DNA from: an uncultured bacterium
GTDB taxonomy: Bacteria > Patescibacteriota > Minisyncoccia > Phycocordibacterales > Phycocordibacteraceae
DNA length: 64,000 nt
Reading direction: 5' to 3'
Assembly (NCBI GenBank): GCA_937879955.1
Contig: CALFMK010000001.1
Span: forward strand, 201,578 to 265,577
The first letter of the stretch is position 1, and each line of letters begins with the position of its first letter. Under the pieces are notes generated by a model. The model saw only the letters and a program-made list of their open reading frames with translations. It did not search any database and was not told where the DNA came from. Shown piece by piece: positions 19,598-30,945 of this stretch. The translations under genes were made by a program, and so were the position numbers.

Positions 19598-20260
19598 TTA
19601 GATCTTGCCGACGAGGTCCATGCCCGGCTCGAGCGTGTCGTCTCCCGGCTCCCACGATGCCGGACATACCTGCCCTGCATGGCTCTCGACGAACTGCGCC
19701 GCCTGGAGCTTGCGGAGGGTCTCCTTCGCCGCGCGGCCGATGCTGTTATCGTTCACCTCCATGGCGCGGAGCGTGCCGGACGGGTCGACGATGAAGGTGC
19801 CGCGGAGCGCGAGGCCCTCGTCCGGGACGAACGGGAGGTCGCCGCCCTCGATGAGCACGCCGAACGCGTCCGCGATCTTGCCGGTCGGGTCAGCGCCCAT
19901 CGGGAAGGCGATCTTCTTGATCGCCTCCGAGGTATCGTGCCACGCCTTGTGCACGAAGACGGTGTCGGTCGAGAAGGACACGACCTCGGTATTGATCGCC
20001 TGCATCTTCGGGTAGAGCAGGGCCATCTCCTCGAGCTCCGTCGGGCAGACGAACGTGAAGTCCGCCGGATAGAACATCACGACGAGCCACTTGCCGCGGA
20101 AGTCCGAGAACTTCATCATCCGCACGTCGTCCTTGTGATAGGCCTCGAACTCGTAGTCAGGCACGGTCTCGCCGACCCGCACGCTCGACCGGTACTCGCG
20201 GAACGGATCATGGAAATCCCCGCACTCGCCGCAATAGTTGCTTTTCTGTTCCTTGTTCAT
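19598..20260 (-). CDS. ahpC: 2-Cys peroxiredoxin (AhpC)
   Basis: FYPADFTFVCPTE, ALRGTFIVDP, VCPASW. Confidence 0.95.
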   Translation of the reverse strand: MNKEQKSNYCGECGDFHDPFREYRSSVRVGETVPDYEFEAYHKDDVRMMKFSDFRGKWLVVMFYPADFTFVCPTELEEMALLYPKMQAINTEVVSFSTDTVFVHKAWHDTSEAIKKIAFPMGADPTGKIADAFGVLIEGGDLPFVPDEGLALRGTFIVDPSGTLRAMEVNDNSIGRAAKETLRKLQAAQFVESHAGQVCPASWEPGDDTLEPGMDLVGKI

Positions 20261-20304
20261 GGTGCTGTTTCGTTACGTAGATGCATGATACCATTTCGGC
20301 CATC

Positions 20305-21144
20305 GTGAACCGAACGGACGACCCTTCCCCCATACTGTGCGTCGTAGGCCCCACGGCCTCCGGCAAGTCCGCGCGCGCGGTCGCGCTCGCGAAGGAGCTC
20401 GACGGCGAGGTTATCTCCGTCGACTCCCGTCAAGTGTATCGCATGCTCGATATCGGGACCGAGAAGACGACCCTCGAAGAGATGGACGGCATCCCGCATC
20501 ATCTCATCGACATACGCGACCCGAGGGAGACCTATAGCGCGGGCGACTTCGTGAAGGACGCCGAGCGGTTGATCGAGGAGATTCGCGCCCGCGGGAAGCG
20601 CCCGATCCTCGCCGGCGGCACCCACTTCTACTTCGACGCGCTCCTCTACGGCCTTCCGGAGACCACGGAACCGGACCTCGCACTGCGCGCGGCGCTCGAG
20701 AAGCGCTCCGAGGAATCCCTCATGCAGGAGATACGCGAACGGGACCCGCGCCGAGCCGAGCGCATCGATCCGATGAACAAGCGACGCCTGGTCCGCGCGC
20801 TCGAGATAATCGCCACGCATGGCCACGTGCCCGAGCGCGACACGGCAGAAGCCCGCCATGCCGTTGAGTGGGTGGTGCTCAATCCTGAGCGCGACGAGCT
20901 CCGCGAGCGCATCGAGAAGCGCCTCGAGCGGGCGCTCGATAACGGTCTCATCGAGGAGGTGCGGAAGGTGCGCGAGTATGTCGGCGACGCACGGCTCGAC
21001 GAGCTCGGCCTCGAGTACCGCATCATCGGCGAGTACCTGCGGGACGAGCGCAGCCTCGAATCATTGCTGCCATCCCTCTCATCGAAGGTCTGGCATTACG
21101 CGCGGCATCAGAAGTCCTGGCTGCGCAGGCTCGAGGCCGCGTAG
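20305..21144 (+). CDS. miaA: tRNA dimethylallyltransferase
   Basis: GPTASGKS, DSRQVYR.LDIGT.K, HHLIDI, GGTHFY, YARHQKSW; start GTG 20305 or ATG 20281. Confidence 0.95.
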   Translation: MNRTDDPSPILCVVGPTASGKSARAVALAKELDGEVISVDSRQVYRMLDIGTEKTTLEEMDGIPHHLIDIRDPRETYSAGDFVKDAERLIEEIRARGKRPILAGGTHFYFDALLYGLPETTEPDLALRAALEKRSEESLMQEIRERDPRRAERIDPMNKRRLVRALEIIATHGHVPERDTAEARHAVEWVVLNPERDELRERIEKRLERALDNGLIEEVRKVREYVGDARLDELGLEYRIIGEYLRDERSLESLLPSLSSKVWHYARHQKSWLRRLEAA

Positions 21145-22068
21145 CTATCGGCCCGTCGGCGACCAGTGCACCGGATCGTCCGGGATGGCGTTGCGGAAGT
21201 TCCACTTTCCCCCGTTCGCCTTCAGCCACTGGTACGCCTTCGTGTTGCAGCTGCTGTTCCCGTTCGAGCAGCCGACGTTCAGGTCGAGCGCCTGTCCGGA
21301 GTTATGGTTCGATCCTGCGCCGCCGAGCGAGCATGGCATCGCGGTGGCGACGCGGCAGGTGCCGGTGGAGACGGAGCAGCCGTTCTGGTTCCAGAGCGCG
21401 ACCTGCGCCGCGTCCGAGCGGTACGCGCTCGTCACCTTCAGGTCCACGCCGTCCTTGAGCGCTGCGGCGCGCATGTCCATGAAATTCTTGACCGTCGTAG
21501 GCGTGGCCTTGCCTGAACCGCCTATGACCACCGAAGCGTCGAACGATACCATGGTCGACTCGGCAGGGACCGGGCAGTTCGTGCCAGTGCCGCCTCCGGT
21601 GCTGCCGGACGGCGCGCCCGGGACCGCGGTGATGGAGCCGTCGAAGAGGGGCGTGGTCGGCTTCGCCTCGATGCAATTCTCTCCGGTCGCGTCGAGAAGT
21701 ATCGAGTTCCAAGGACCGAACTGCCCGCCGTAGAGCGTCTTCATCACGAAGTCCACGATGAGCCATGCCGAGAGCACGATGCAGAGCCCAACGAACGCGT
21801 TCAGGAGCATGCTGCTCGCCGTGCCGCGCATCTCGGGGTTCGTCGGGGAGAGTATGTAGAGCCCGCCTGCCCACGCGACGATGATGGTCGCCACGATGAT
21901 AGAGATGCCGATGAGGAGGTTCGAGACGTTCTGGATGATGGCGAGCACGCCGCCGAACCCGCACGGGCACACCTGGCAGACGTCCGGCACGATCGGGCCG
22001 AACTGCGCATGCGCGTAGACCGGCACGAGCATGAGGAACGCGATGATCAAGGGAAGAAATCGTCTCAT
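21145..22068 (-). CDS. VirB2/TrbC-like pilin domain fused to M15 (VanY-like) peptidase
   Basis: Signal peptide and two TM pilin-like helices; SAYRS..Q, SNHNSGQALD, DPVHW. Confidence 0.8.
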   Translation of the reverse strand: MRRFLPLIIAFLMLVPVYAHAQFGPIVPDVCQVCPCGFGGVLAIIQNVSNLLIGISIIVATIIVAWAGGLYILSPTNPEMRGTASSMLLNAFVGLCIVLSAWLIVDFVMKTLYGGQFGPWNSILLDATGENCIEAKPTTPLFDGSITAVPGAPSGSTGGGTGTNCPVPAESTMVSFDASVVIGGSGKATPTTVKNFMDMRAAALKDGVDLKVTSAYRSDAAQVALWNQNGCSVSTGTCRVATAMPCSLGGAGSNHNSGQALDLNVGCSNGNSSCNTKAYQWLKANGGKWNFRNAIPDDPVHWSPTGR

Positions 22069-22070
22069 GC

Positions 22071-22640
22071 TTATGGAAGACGGAACGACCCCTGACAAAA
22101 GCTGAGGCCCAGGTTCTGATAGGCCGAGAAGGCCTCGTTCACGCTGTACGGGACCCCGACGAGGATATCGAGCGTGCAGAGCTGTGCGTCCGTGAGCTCG
22201 AGCGTGTCGCGCAGGAACGCTTCCGCGGCGAGGCGCGAGGCGCCGAGCGGCTCCTCGTTCAGCGTCACGACGAACTGCGACCCCTCCTGATTGAACTGCA
22301 CGTCGAACGCGTGCGTCGGGTACGGCTTCCCTGGCTCGTAGTCAGGATAGGGCGTGAGGTCGTACTGCAGGTTCGTGGCACCCTCGCCGATCTGGACCGA
22401 GCTCTTTCCGGTCGTGAAGTCCGGCACGTCCACGGACTCCTGGTCCGCCGTCTCGATCGTGCGCGTCGTCACCGTCGCGCCAGACGTGCCGTCGGTGAGC
22501 GATCCGAACGGATTCGTTCCGGTCGGGCTTGTAGGGACGGTGCCCGTCGACTGCCCCTGAGAGAGGAGCACGTACGCGAGCACGGCGATGCCGAGGAGTA
22601 CGAGGACGACCGCGCTGCCGATGATCACCGATGTCTTCAT
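22071..22640 (-). CDS. Hypothetical membrane-anchored protein
   Basis: MKTSVIIG.. TM, Thr-rich linker, two C-terminal Cys; TATCAT 6 nt before ATG. Confidence 0.75.
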   Translation of the reverse strand: MKTSVIIGSAVVLVLLGIAVLAYVLLSQGQSTGTVPTSPTGTNPFGSLTDGTSGATVTTRTIETADQESVDVPDFTTGKSSVQIGEGATNLQYDLTPYPDYEPGKPYPTHAFDVQFNQEGSQFVVTLNEEPLGASRLAAEAFLRDTLELTDAQLCTLDILVGVPYSVNEAFSAYQNLGLSFCQGSFRLP

Positions 22641-23647
22641 AGGCCCATGATACCAAACGCGAGCGGCCGGCTTTGCATGCTGTCCGCGAGCCCGCACTTC
22701 TTCGCGGCGCCCCACGGCGACCATGTCGCATGCGCGTCGAGATAGATCTTGTGCGCGGTAGCGATGTTGTTCGCCGGATTGATGGCGGCGGCCCTGCACT
22801 TGTTATAGAGCGTAGCGTCAACGACGCGGACGCCTGACCCTGCGCCGCACGAGCTCACGGTGCAGCTCTGCTTGCTGAAAGCGGCCGGACAGTTCAGTCC
22901 GCCTATCTTGTGCGCCGTTATGTTTATCTGGAACAGGCCGAACGAGTACGGCGTGCCGTCCCCGAGCCTGTCCACGCCGCTCGGGAGGCTCGCGTTGCCG
23001 TGGCTCTCGCCATAGCAGACCCGGGAGGCATTCTCCGCCGCCGTGCCGAACACGCCAAGCGCGCTCACCGCGCAGGAGCCGCTCGTCTGCGCGAGACAGG
23101 TGCCTCCTCCCGTGCTCTTGGTGGAAGTGCCTGTTCCACTATCCTGTCCAGGAATCCAGGTGATCTTGCCGTCGAAGAGCGGCTTCGTGTCCGTAGCCGT
23201 GACGCACACGTTCCCGCCCGAGAGGATCGTATTCCACGGCCCCCAGCCCTCGAGGTTCTGGTTGTAGAGGAGCTTCATCACGAAATCCACGATGAGCCAG
23301 GCCGAGAGGATGATGAGCAGCCCTATGGCGGCGTTCGTGAGCACCTTCTTCGCCTGCGAATGGTTCTCGGGGTTCGTAGGCGTCAGGATCCAGAGGATGC
23401 CGGCGAACGCGATCACGATGACGCAGATGATGATGCCGAAGGAAACCGACGCGTTCATCAGGTTCTGGATGAGCTGCAGCACGCCGCCGAATCCGAGCGG
23501 CGCCCCTACCGGGCAGTTGCTGTCGAGATCGTGCGCTTCCGGGACGAGCTGCCAGTTCGGATCGAGGAGCGGAAGGGACTGCGCGGACGCCGCAAATGGC
23601 AGGCACAGGAGAAGCGCGAGGAGGAGCGGGGCCCAGAGCCGGTTCAT
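22637..23647 (-). CDS. VirB2/TrbC-like pilin domain fused to lytic transglycosylase (lysozyme-like) domain
   Basis: Same N-terminal domain as 21145-22068; catalytic ES (GESHG), SFGLFQI, NIATA, WSPW. Confidence 0.8.
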   Translation of the reverse strand: MNRLWAPLLLALLLCLPFAASAQSLPLLDPNWQLVPEAHDLDSNCPVGAPLGFGGVLQLIQNLMNASVSFGIIICVIVIAFAGILWILTPTNPENHSQAKKVLTNAAIGLLIILSAWLIVDFVMKLLYNQNLEGWGPWNTILSGGNVCVTATDTKPLFDGKITWIPGQDSGTGTSTKSTGGGTCLAQTSGSCAVSALGVFGTAAENASRVCYGESHGNASLPSGVDRLGDGTPYSFGLFQINITAHKIGGLNCPAAFSKQSCTVSSCGAGSGVRVVDATLYNKCRAAAINPANNIATAHKIYLDAHATWSPWGAAKKCGLADSMQSRPLAFGIMGL

Positions 23648-23749
23648 GGAATGATTGTAGCCCGGAGGACCGCAGAGGACGCGTTCTTTTCCCCTTCCCG
23701 CCTATCTGGTATCGTACGGATACGCGCCGTCCTGAGACGCTAACTGACA

Positions 23750-23820
23750 GGGTCCATAGTTTAGTGGTAGAACATCGGTCTCCAAAACCGATAGTGTAGG
23801 TTCGATTCCTACTGGGCCCG
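23750..23820 (+). tRNA. tRNA-Trp(CCA)
   Basis: GGGTCCA..TGGGCCC-G, loop CT-CCA-AA, GGTTCGATTCC. Confidence 0.95.
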
Positions 23821-23830
23821 CATATAAATT

Positions 23831-23960
23831 AAGAAACCACGCGTAGATGCGTGGTTGAAAGTGAAGCCGTGCTCCGCTCAGTGACATTTCGACACCATTG
23901 CCTGACGACATAGTCAGAAGTGGGCATTGAGTGGCCAAGGAGTGCAAGGAACACGACTTC
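23831..23960 (-). ncRNA. Candidate structured sRNA
   Basis: 13-bp terminal helix GAAGUCGUGUUCC/GGAGCACGGCUUC (2 G-U) on minus strand, TACGAT 6 nt upstream, terminator hairpin downstream. Confidence 0.55.
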
Positions 23961-24100
23961 AGATATATCGTAGCACTAAAGACTCTTGATTTCCGTTCGA
24001 ATCCCGCCCCACAGGACCCGCATAGCAGGAGAAAGATCCGCAAAAAGAAGCCGCCCCGGTCATGAAGACCGAGGCGGATATGTCAGGCTGGCGTACGGAT

Positions 24101-24496
24101 TCAGTCCTGTTGCTTCACGACCCCTTGTTCCAGCTGAGTGAATATGTCAGCCAGCGGGAGATGGCCAGCTCTAGGCTCTGCCTCCCTCTTCGGCTTCGAG
24201 CGTTCCATCCGAGCGAATATGTCGGCCAGAGGCAGATTGTCGGCTTCAGGTCCTACCTCCTCCGGCTTCAATTGTTCCAGCTGAGTGAATATGTCATTGA
24301 GCGGAAGAGGGCCGGCTTGAACCGCTGCCTCCTCCCTCGGTATCGATTGTTCCGGCTGATCCACTATCTCAGCCTGCGGCAAAGGGTGGCCCATCGATTC
24401 AATGCAGAGCATATCCACCCTAGACGGAAAGGTCTTGTAGTCAAAATCAGACGGTAGACCGATGCGCTTACAGAGAGTGTCAATGTCACTAACCAT
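24101..24496 (-). CDS. Orphan protein with ~24-27-aa tandem repeats (PLxDIFxxLEQ)
   Basis: Repeats visible in protein and DNA (TTGTTCCAGCTGAGTGAATATGTCA at 24125 and 24272); AGAGGA SD; consensus promoter. Confidence 0.7.
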   Translation of the reverse strand: MVSDIDTLCKRIGLPSDFDYKTFPSRVDMLCIESMGHPLPQAEIVDQPEQSIPREEAAVQAGPLPLNDIFTQLEQLKPEEVGPEADNLPLADIFARMERSKPKREAEPRAGHLPLADIFTQLEQGVVKQQD

Positions 24497-24518
24497 AGAG
24501 TAAGGTCCTCTTTTCTAG

Positions 24519-24551
24519 TATACATTATAGACTATAATGTATATATGTCAA
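24519..24551 (-). promoter_or_regulatory. TTGACA-N16-TATAAT promoter overlapped by 25-bp palindrome (operator)
   Basis: TATACATTATAG-A-CTATAATGTATA. Confidence 0.65.
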
Positions 24552-24579
24552 TACTCTCGGCCTTGCCGTCCTCTCGCGG

Positions 24580-27231
24580 CTAGCGCTTCACCACCTGGTA
24601 GATCTTCTGGGTCCGGTACACGTCGCCTGCCGGCACAGGGACGCCGCTCAGCGTGCCGGCGTACGGGCGGAGGTAGTACTTGATGTACCCGTCGGAGCGT
24701 TCCTGGAGGGACGATGTCTCGCGCGCGTTCGATTGGTACACGGGATCCGCGTAGTGGCGGTCCACCTCGTCCATGTTGAGCATGCGCGCGAGTATGCCGT
24801 AGCTGTCGTTATAGAAGGCTGCGGTGAGGAGGCGCGGGGCGACAGGATGCGTCGAGTCGGTATGCGCGGTGTACGCGGTCGCGTCCGGGTCAGGGATGCT
24901 CGTCCCGAACAGCTCGAAGCCTCCATCAGCGCCTGCGTTGCCGACGCTCGTATCCGGCCCCACGAGCATCAGCGCGTAATCTTCCTTGACCACCGAGTCC
25001 ACCGCCAGGGTGCGGGTGACGTCAGGGATGTAGCCCTTCGAGGTCACGAGCAGGTCATAGTCTACGTCCGCCGCCTTCGAGCTGTCTTCAGCGAACGTGA
25101 GCATGGTCGAGAATTGCGCCCGCATGCGGTCACCTATCCATGTCGTGCCGTTCGCGGCGCTCGCATAGTCTATCGGCGCGCCGTCCATGGATATGACGAG
25201 ATCGGCAGGACCCGTCTCGTGGCCGTGCGTGCCTCCGATGAACGCGGAGGCCGAAGGATCCGATCCTTGCTTATAGAGGTTTACGGCGAGCTCTATGTTA
25301 CCGACTCCGATCACGGTCGTGTTGCCGATCGTCTCCGGGGTCGTCCGCTCGTCCTGACCCATGTCATCGAACTCATCGACGCCAAGCGTTCCAACCTGCG
25401 TCTCATCGCTTATCATCAGGCCGCCGTCGTAGACGCGGTATCCGGTGGACGAGGCATTCTTCGTAGGCAACCCCTCGAGCGTGAGCACGTAGCTTGCCTT
25501 GTCGAGCCCGCTTGCCAGAGGAGTGCTCTTGACGGAGGTCCCGGCGCTGTACGTGTCCACGTCCTTCGTGGTGACGAGCGTACCTGCCTGATCATAGACC
25601 GACGCGCGGACGATGCCTCCCGTAGAGAGATAGCCGGCCCTCCAGTCTATCTTGGTGCCTGTGAACGGATAGACGATCGCTCCGCCCGGGAACAGCGTCC
25701 GGTTGACCGTCTGGGACGCGAGCGTGGTGCTCTGCCATGAGCTCAGCAGTCCCTTCGTCGTGATGCGATCGAGGGACGGGTAGGTCTGCATGCCGCCGTC
25801 ATACACTCGCCCATTTACAGGATTCGATGACGAGACGGCGATATCAACGGTATACGTTCCGGCAGGAAGCCCTGTCGCGAGCGCGACAAACTGGATGCCT
25901 GACGAATTACCCGTCAGATTGACCTGGCGCTCGCCGCCTGTAAGCGGTATGGCGTAATGCTCAGAGCTTATCTCGACTCCGCTCGTCTTGATGGTTATGG
26001 CAGCGATGCCTGCGCCACTCGCCTGTCCAAGGGTCCGCCACACGATTCGATCATTGGTGTCTATCGTTACGGTATACGTGGTCCGGTCACCTGGCGTCTG
26101 AGAGTAGATGATATCCGTGACGCCGCTGTTGGTCGCAGGCCCGACGAACGTCCCGGTACGGGAGCCCGCGCTCGTTCCCTGCGAGGTCTTTGACGAGGTC
26201 GCCTGCGTGCCGGAGACGGAGTTCGCGGCAGGCAGAGACTCGACGAAGCTTGCGTAGAGCTTGGCTATGGAGGCCCGGCGCATGCGCGCAGGCCCGGCGA
26301 GTCCCGGGTTCAGCCGTTCGCTGAAGAACCAGCGCACGTAATCCGTCCCGCCGAGCGGCGCGTAGACGACAAACTCGTCATAATCGCTTCGCAGCTTCTT
26401 GAGGAGAAGGGGCTCGAGATCATCCTCGCCCGTAGTGAACGTGAGGTCAGAAGAAGGAGTGGCGTTTCCTTCCGCATCGGCAGACCGCACGCGGAAGTGG
26501 TAGGTAGCGAACGCGGTAAGGCCGGTAAGCGTTATGGAATGGGACGTAACGAGCGTCGCCGAGGTGGATGCCGTGCCGTACGACGTCGTGGTTCCGAAAT
26601 CAACGCGCGAATCGCTCGGCTCGTCCGTGGTCCAGGTGATGGTCGCGGTGGTCTGGGTCACGGAAGAATCGATATCCGAGATGCTCGGCGCCGCCGGCAC
26701 TGCGGCGGGAGAGCTGCTCTTGTGCCCTCCGCTCCTCTTGGGTGCATCGATAGATGGTGCGCCGGTCGTTATGGACTCTGACGCGGCGATGGTCGCCTGA
26801 TCGAGCATTCCCGTGAGCGAGACGGCGTAGTACCCCGCGTTCCGCAGGAGCTGCTGAAGCTGGGTGATGAGCGAGGAGAGGAAAGATGGGGATGGGGATG
26901 GGGATGCAATGATGCTATCTGAAGATGTAGGGGATGCAATAACCTCCCCGTTTAGGATCGCGCGTGTCGCAGGCCCTACGTAGCCGAGAGATTCGAGTCC
27001 TTGGGACTTCTGGAAGTCCGCAACGGCCTGGAGCGTTACCTGGCCGTAGTAGCCGGTGACGTCCGCATTGAAGAAGCCCTTCTCCTTGAGAAGGGTCTGG
27101 AGCGCGGAGACGTCGGACCCGCTCATGCCCTTCTCGAGTGGGCGCTCGAACGTCGCTGCGGAGGCGAAGGGAGGCACGAGCAAGAACGCCACGAAGAAAG
27201 CGAAAGACGCCTTGCGGAAGCCAGAGAGCAT
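24580..27231 (-). CDS. Large secreted protein: peptidoglycan-binding domains, FN3-like domain, beta-rich C-terminus
   Basis: Signal peptide; G.SGSDVSALQTLL..GYYGQVT..AV..FQ PG_binding_1; TATITWTTDEPSDSRVDFG..YHFRVRS FN3; TATACT 7 nt before ATG. Confidence 0.85.
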   Translation of the reverse strand: MLSGFRKASFAFFVAFLLVPPFASAATFERPLEKGMSGSDVSALQTLLKEKGFFNADVTGYYGQVTLQAVADFQKSQGLESLGYVGPATRAILNGEVIASPTSSDSIIASPSPSPSFLSSLITQLQQLLRNAGYYAVSLTGMLDQATIAASESITTGAPSIDAPKRSGGHKSSSPAAVPAAPSISDIDSSVTQTTATITWTTDEPSDSRVDFGTTTSYGTASTSATLVTSHSITLTGLTAFATYHFRVRSADAEGNATPSSDLTFTTGEDDLEPLLLKKLRSDYDEFVVYAPLGGTDYVRWFFSERLNPGLAGPARMRRASIAKLYASFVESLPAANSVSGTQATSSKTSQGTSAGSRTGTFVGPATNSGVTDIIYSQTPGDRTTYTVTIDTNDRIVWRTLGQASGAGIAAITIKTSGVEISSEHYAIPLTGGERQVNLTGNSSGIQFVALATGLPAGTYTVDIAVSSSNPVNGRVYDGGMQTYPSLDRITTKGLLSSWQSTTLASQTVNRTLFPGGAIVYPFTGTKIDWRAGYLSTGGIVRASVYDQAGTLVTTKDVDTYSAGTSVKSTPLASGLDKASYVLTLEGLPTKNASSTGYRVYDGGLMISDETQVGTLGVDEFDDMGQDERTTPETIGNTTVIGVGNIELAVNLYKQGSDPSASAFIGGTHGHETGPADLVISMDGAPIDYASAANGTTWIGDRMRAQFSTMLTFAEDSSKAADVDYDLLVTSKGYIPDVTRTLAVDSVVKEDYALMLVGPDTSVGNAGADGGFELFGTSIPDPDATAYTAHTDSTHPVAPRLLTAAFYNDSYGILARMLNMDEVDRHYADPVYQSNARETSSLQERSDGYIKYYLRPYAGTLSGVPVPAGDVYRTQKIYQVVKR

Positions 27232-27320
27232 TAGAAAGAGTATATCACTTGCGTCTGCACCGTTGAGCAGAAAGCCAACATAGAAAAAGAGGCGGCACGA
27301 ATGCCGCCTCATGTAGTGAC

Positions 27321-27791
27321 TCACGCTGCGAGCTCTCCCGTCCTGGACGCGTCACGCGCGAACGACAGGACGGCGAACGGATCATTGAGCGAGAACGCCA
27401 CATGCGCGCTCGTCGCCTCATACCTCAGTTCCTGGATCTCCAGATTCCAAGACCCGTCCTTGTAATTGGCCATGAGGATCCGGACGGTTCCTTCGGCGTC
27501 GAGCACATGGAACGAGTAGCTCCCAGGCGGAGCTTCCCGGAGGAAATGGAACGCATGCGCCCACGCGACCGACAGCTTCTCGGCCGGCAGGCGCGGCATG
27601 AGCTGCGCCATCGCGACCGCCTGCACGTCGCGCTCGACGATCGCGCCCTCCTTCAGGAGCTCCTTGAGCCTCTGGCCGATCAGGCTGATCTTCAGCGCGC
27701 CGTCCGACCCGACCTTGAAATGGTCCTGGACGTCGAAGTAGTCGACCGCGAGCACGGTAGCGACCGGAATACGATTCTCTTGGAACGGCAT
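27321..27791 (-). CDS. Hypothetical protein (orphan)
   Basis: AAGGAGAGGG SD before MPFQENR. Confidence 0.65.
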   Translation of the reverse strand: MPFQENRIPVATVLAVDYFDVQDHFKVGSDGALKISLIGQRLKELLKEGAIVERDVQAVAMAQLMPRLPAEKLSVAWAHAFHFLREAPPGSYSFHVLDAEGTVRILMANYKDGSWNLEIQELRYEATSAHVAFSLNDPFAVLSFARDASRTGELAA

Positions 27792-27899
27792 GGTCCCTCT
27801 CCTTATGAAAGAACGTGCTGACAATAGAACAAAGACACGGATACATGTCAAAGCCCGGAAACGTATTGACAGGAAAAACGGCCTCGTGTACATTACTTG

Positions 27900-27980
27900 A
27901 ACGTTCGCGAGTCAGCAGGTTTCGGCCAGCGGAATCGCGATCGTACTGGAAAAACCCTCCTCGGAGGGTTTTTCCATTTC
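27900..27980 (+). ncRNA. Candidate ~80-nt sRNA
   Basis: TTGACA-N17-TACATT (27866-27894), bulged UUCG hairpin, intrinsic terminator; no ORF. Confidence 0.5.
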
Positions 27981-28042
27981 TCCTCCGACCTATTTTCAAT
28001 ACGTACAGAAAAACCGCCCTTCTGGGCGGTTTTTCTTTCTTC

Positions 28043-28195
28043 TTACTTCTTGACCTCCTTGTAGGTCTCGCGCTTCCTGGTGTTCGGATCGAACTTGAGG
28101 AGCTCGATCTTGCGCTCTACCTTCTTCTTGTTCTTGCGAGAAAAGCGCACGTGGCCGGAAGCCGACTTGAGCTTGATGAGACGATCCTGTGACAT
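28043..28195 (-). CDS. rpmG: 50S ribosomal protein L33 (Cys-less type)
   Basis: SRKNKKKVERKIELLKFDP..RKRETYKEVK. Confidence 0.93.
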   Translation of the reverse strand: MSQDRLIKLKSASGHVRFSRKNKKKVERKIELLKFDPNTRKRETYKEVKK

Positions 28196-28217
28196 AGATA
28201 GGATGACTATACCAGCC

Positions 28218-30899
<2,682 letters not shown>

Positions 30900-30945
30900 A
30901 GAGAGGGGTTCTTACACTAGTAATGACGTGCGAACAGGACGCCTG

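Noticed and set aside
24120-24360. Repeats of ~72-75 nt as a possible CRISPR array
   Set aside because: Repeats are in-frame, degenerate and coding; no unique spacers or cas genes
24526-24553. dif-like string ATAA-TGTATA-TATGTCAAT
   Set aside because: The arms do not fit the 11-6-11 XerC/D layout (no TTATG at the right register); better explained as promoter plus palindromic operator
26880-26945. GGGGAT short tandem repeat
   Set aside because: Encodes a Ser-Pro linker; in-frame hexamer, no sign of phase variation
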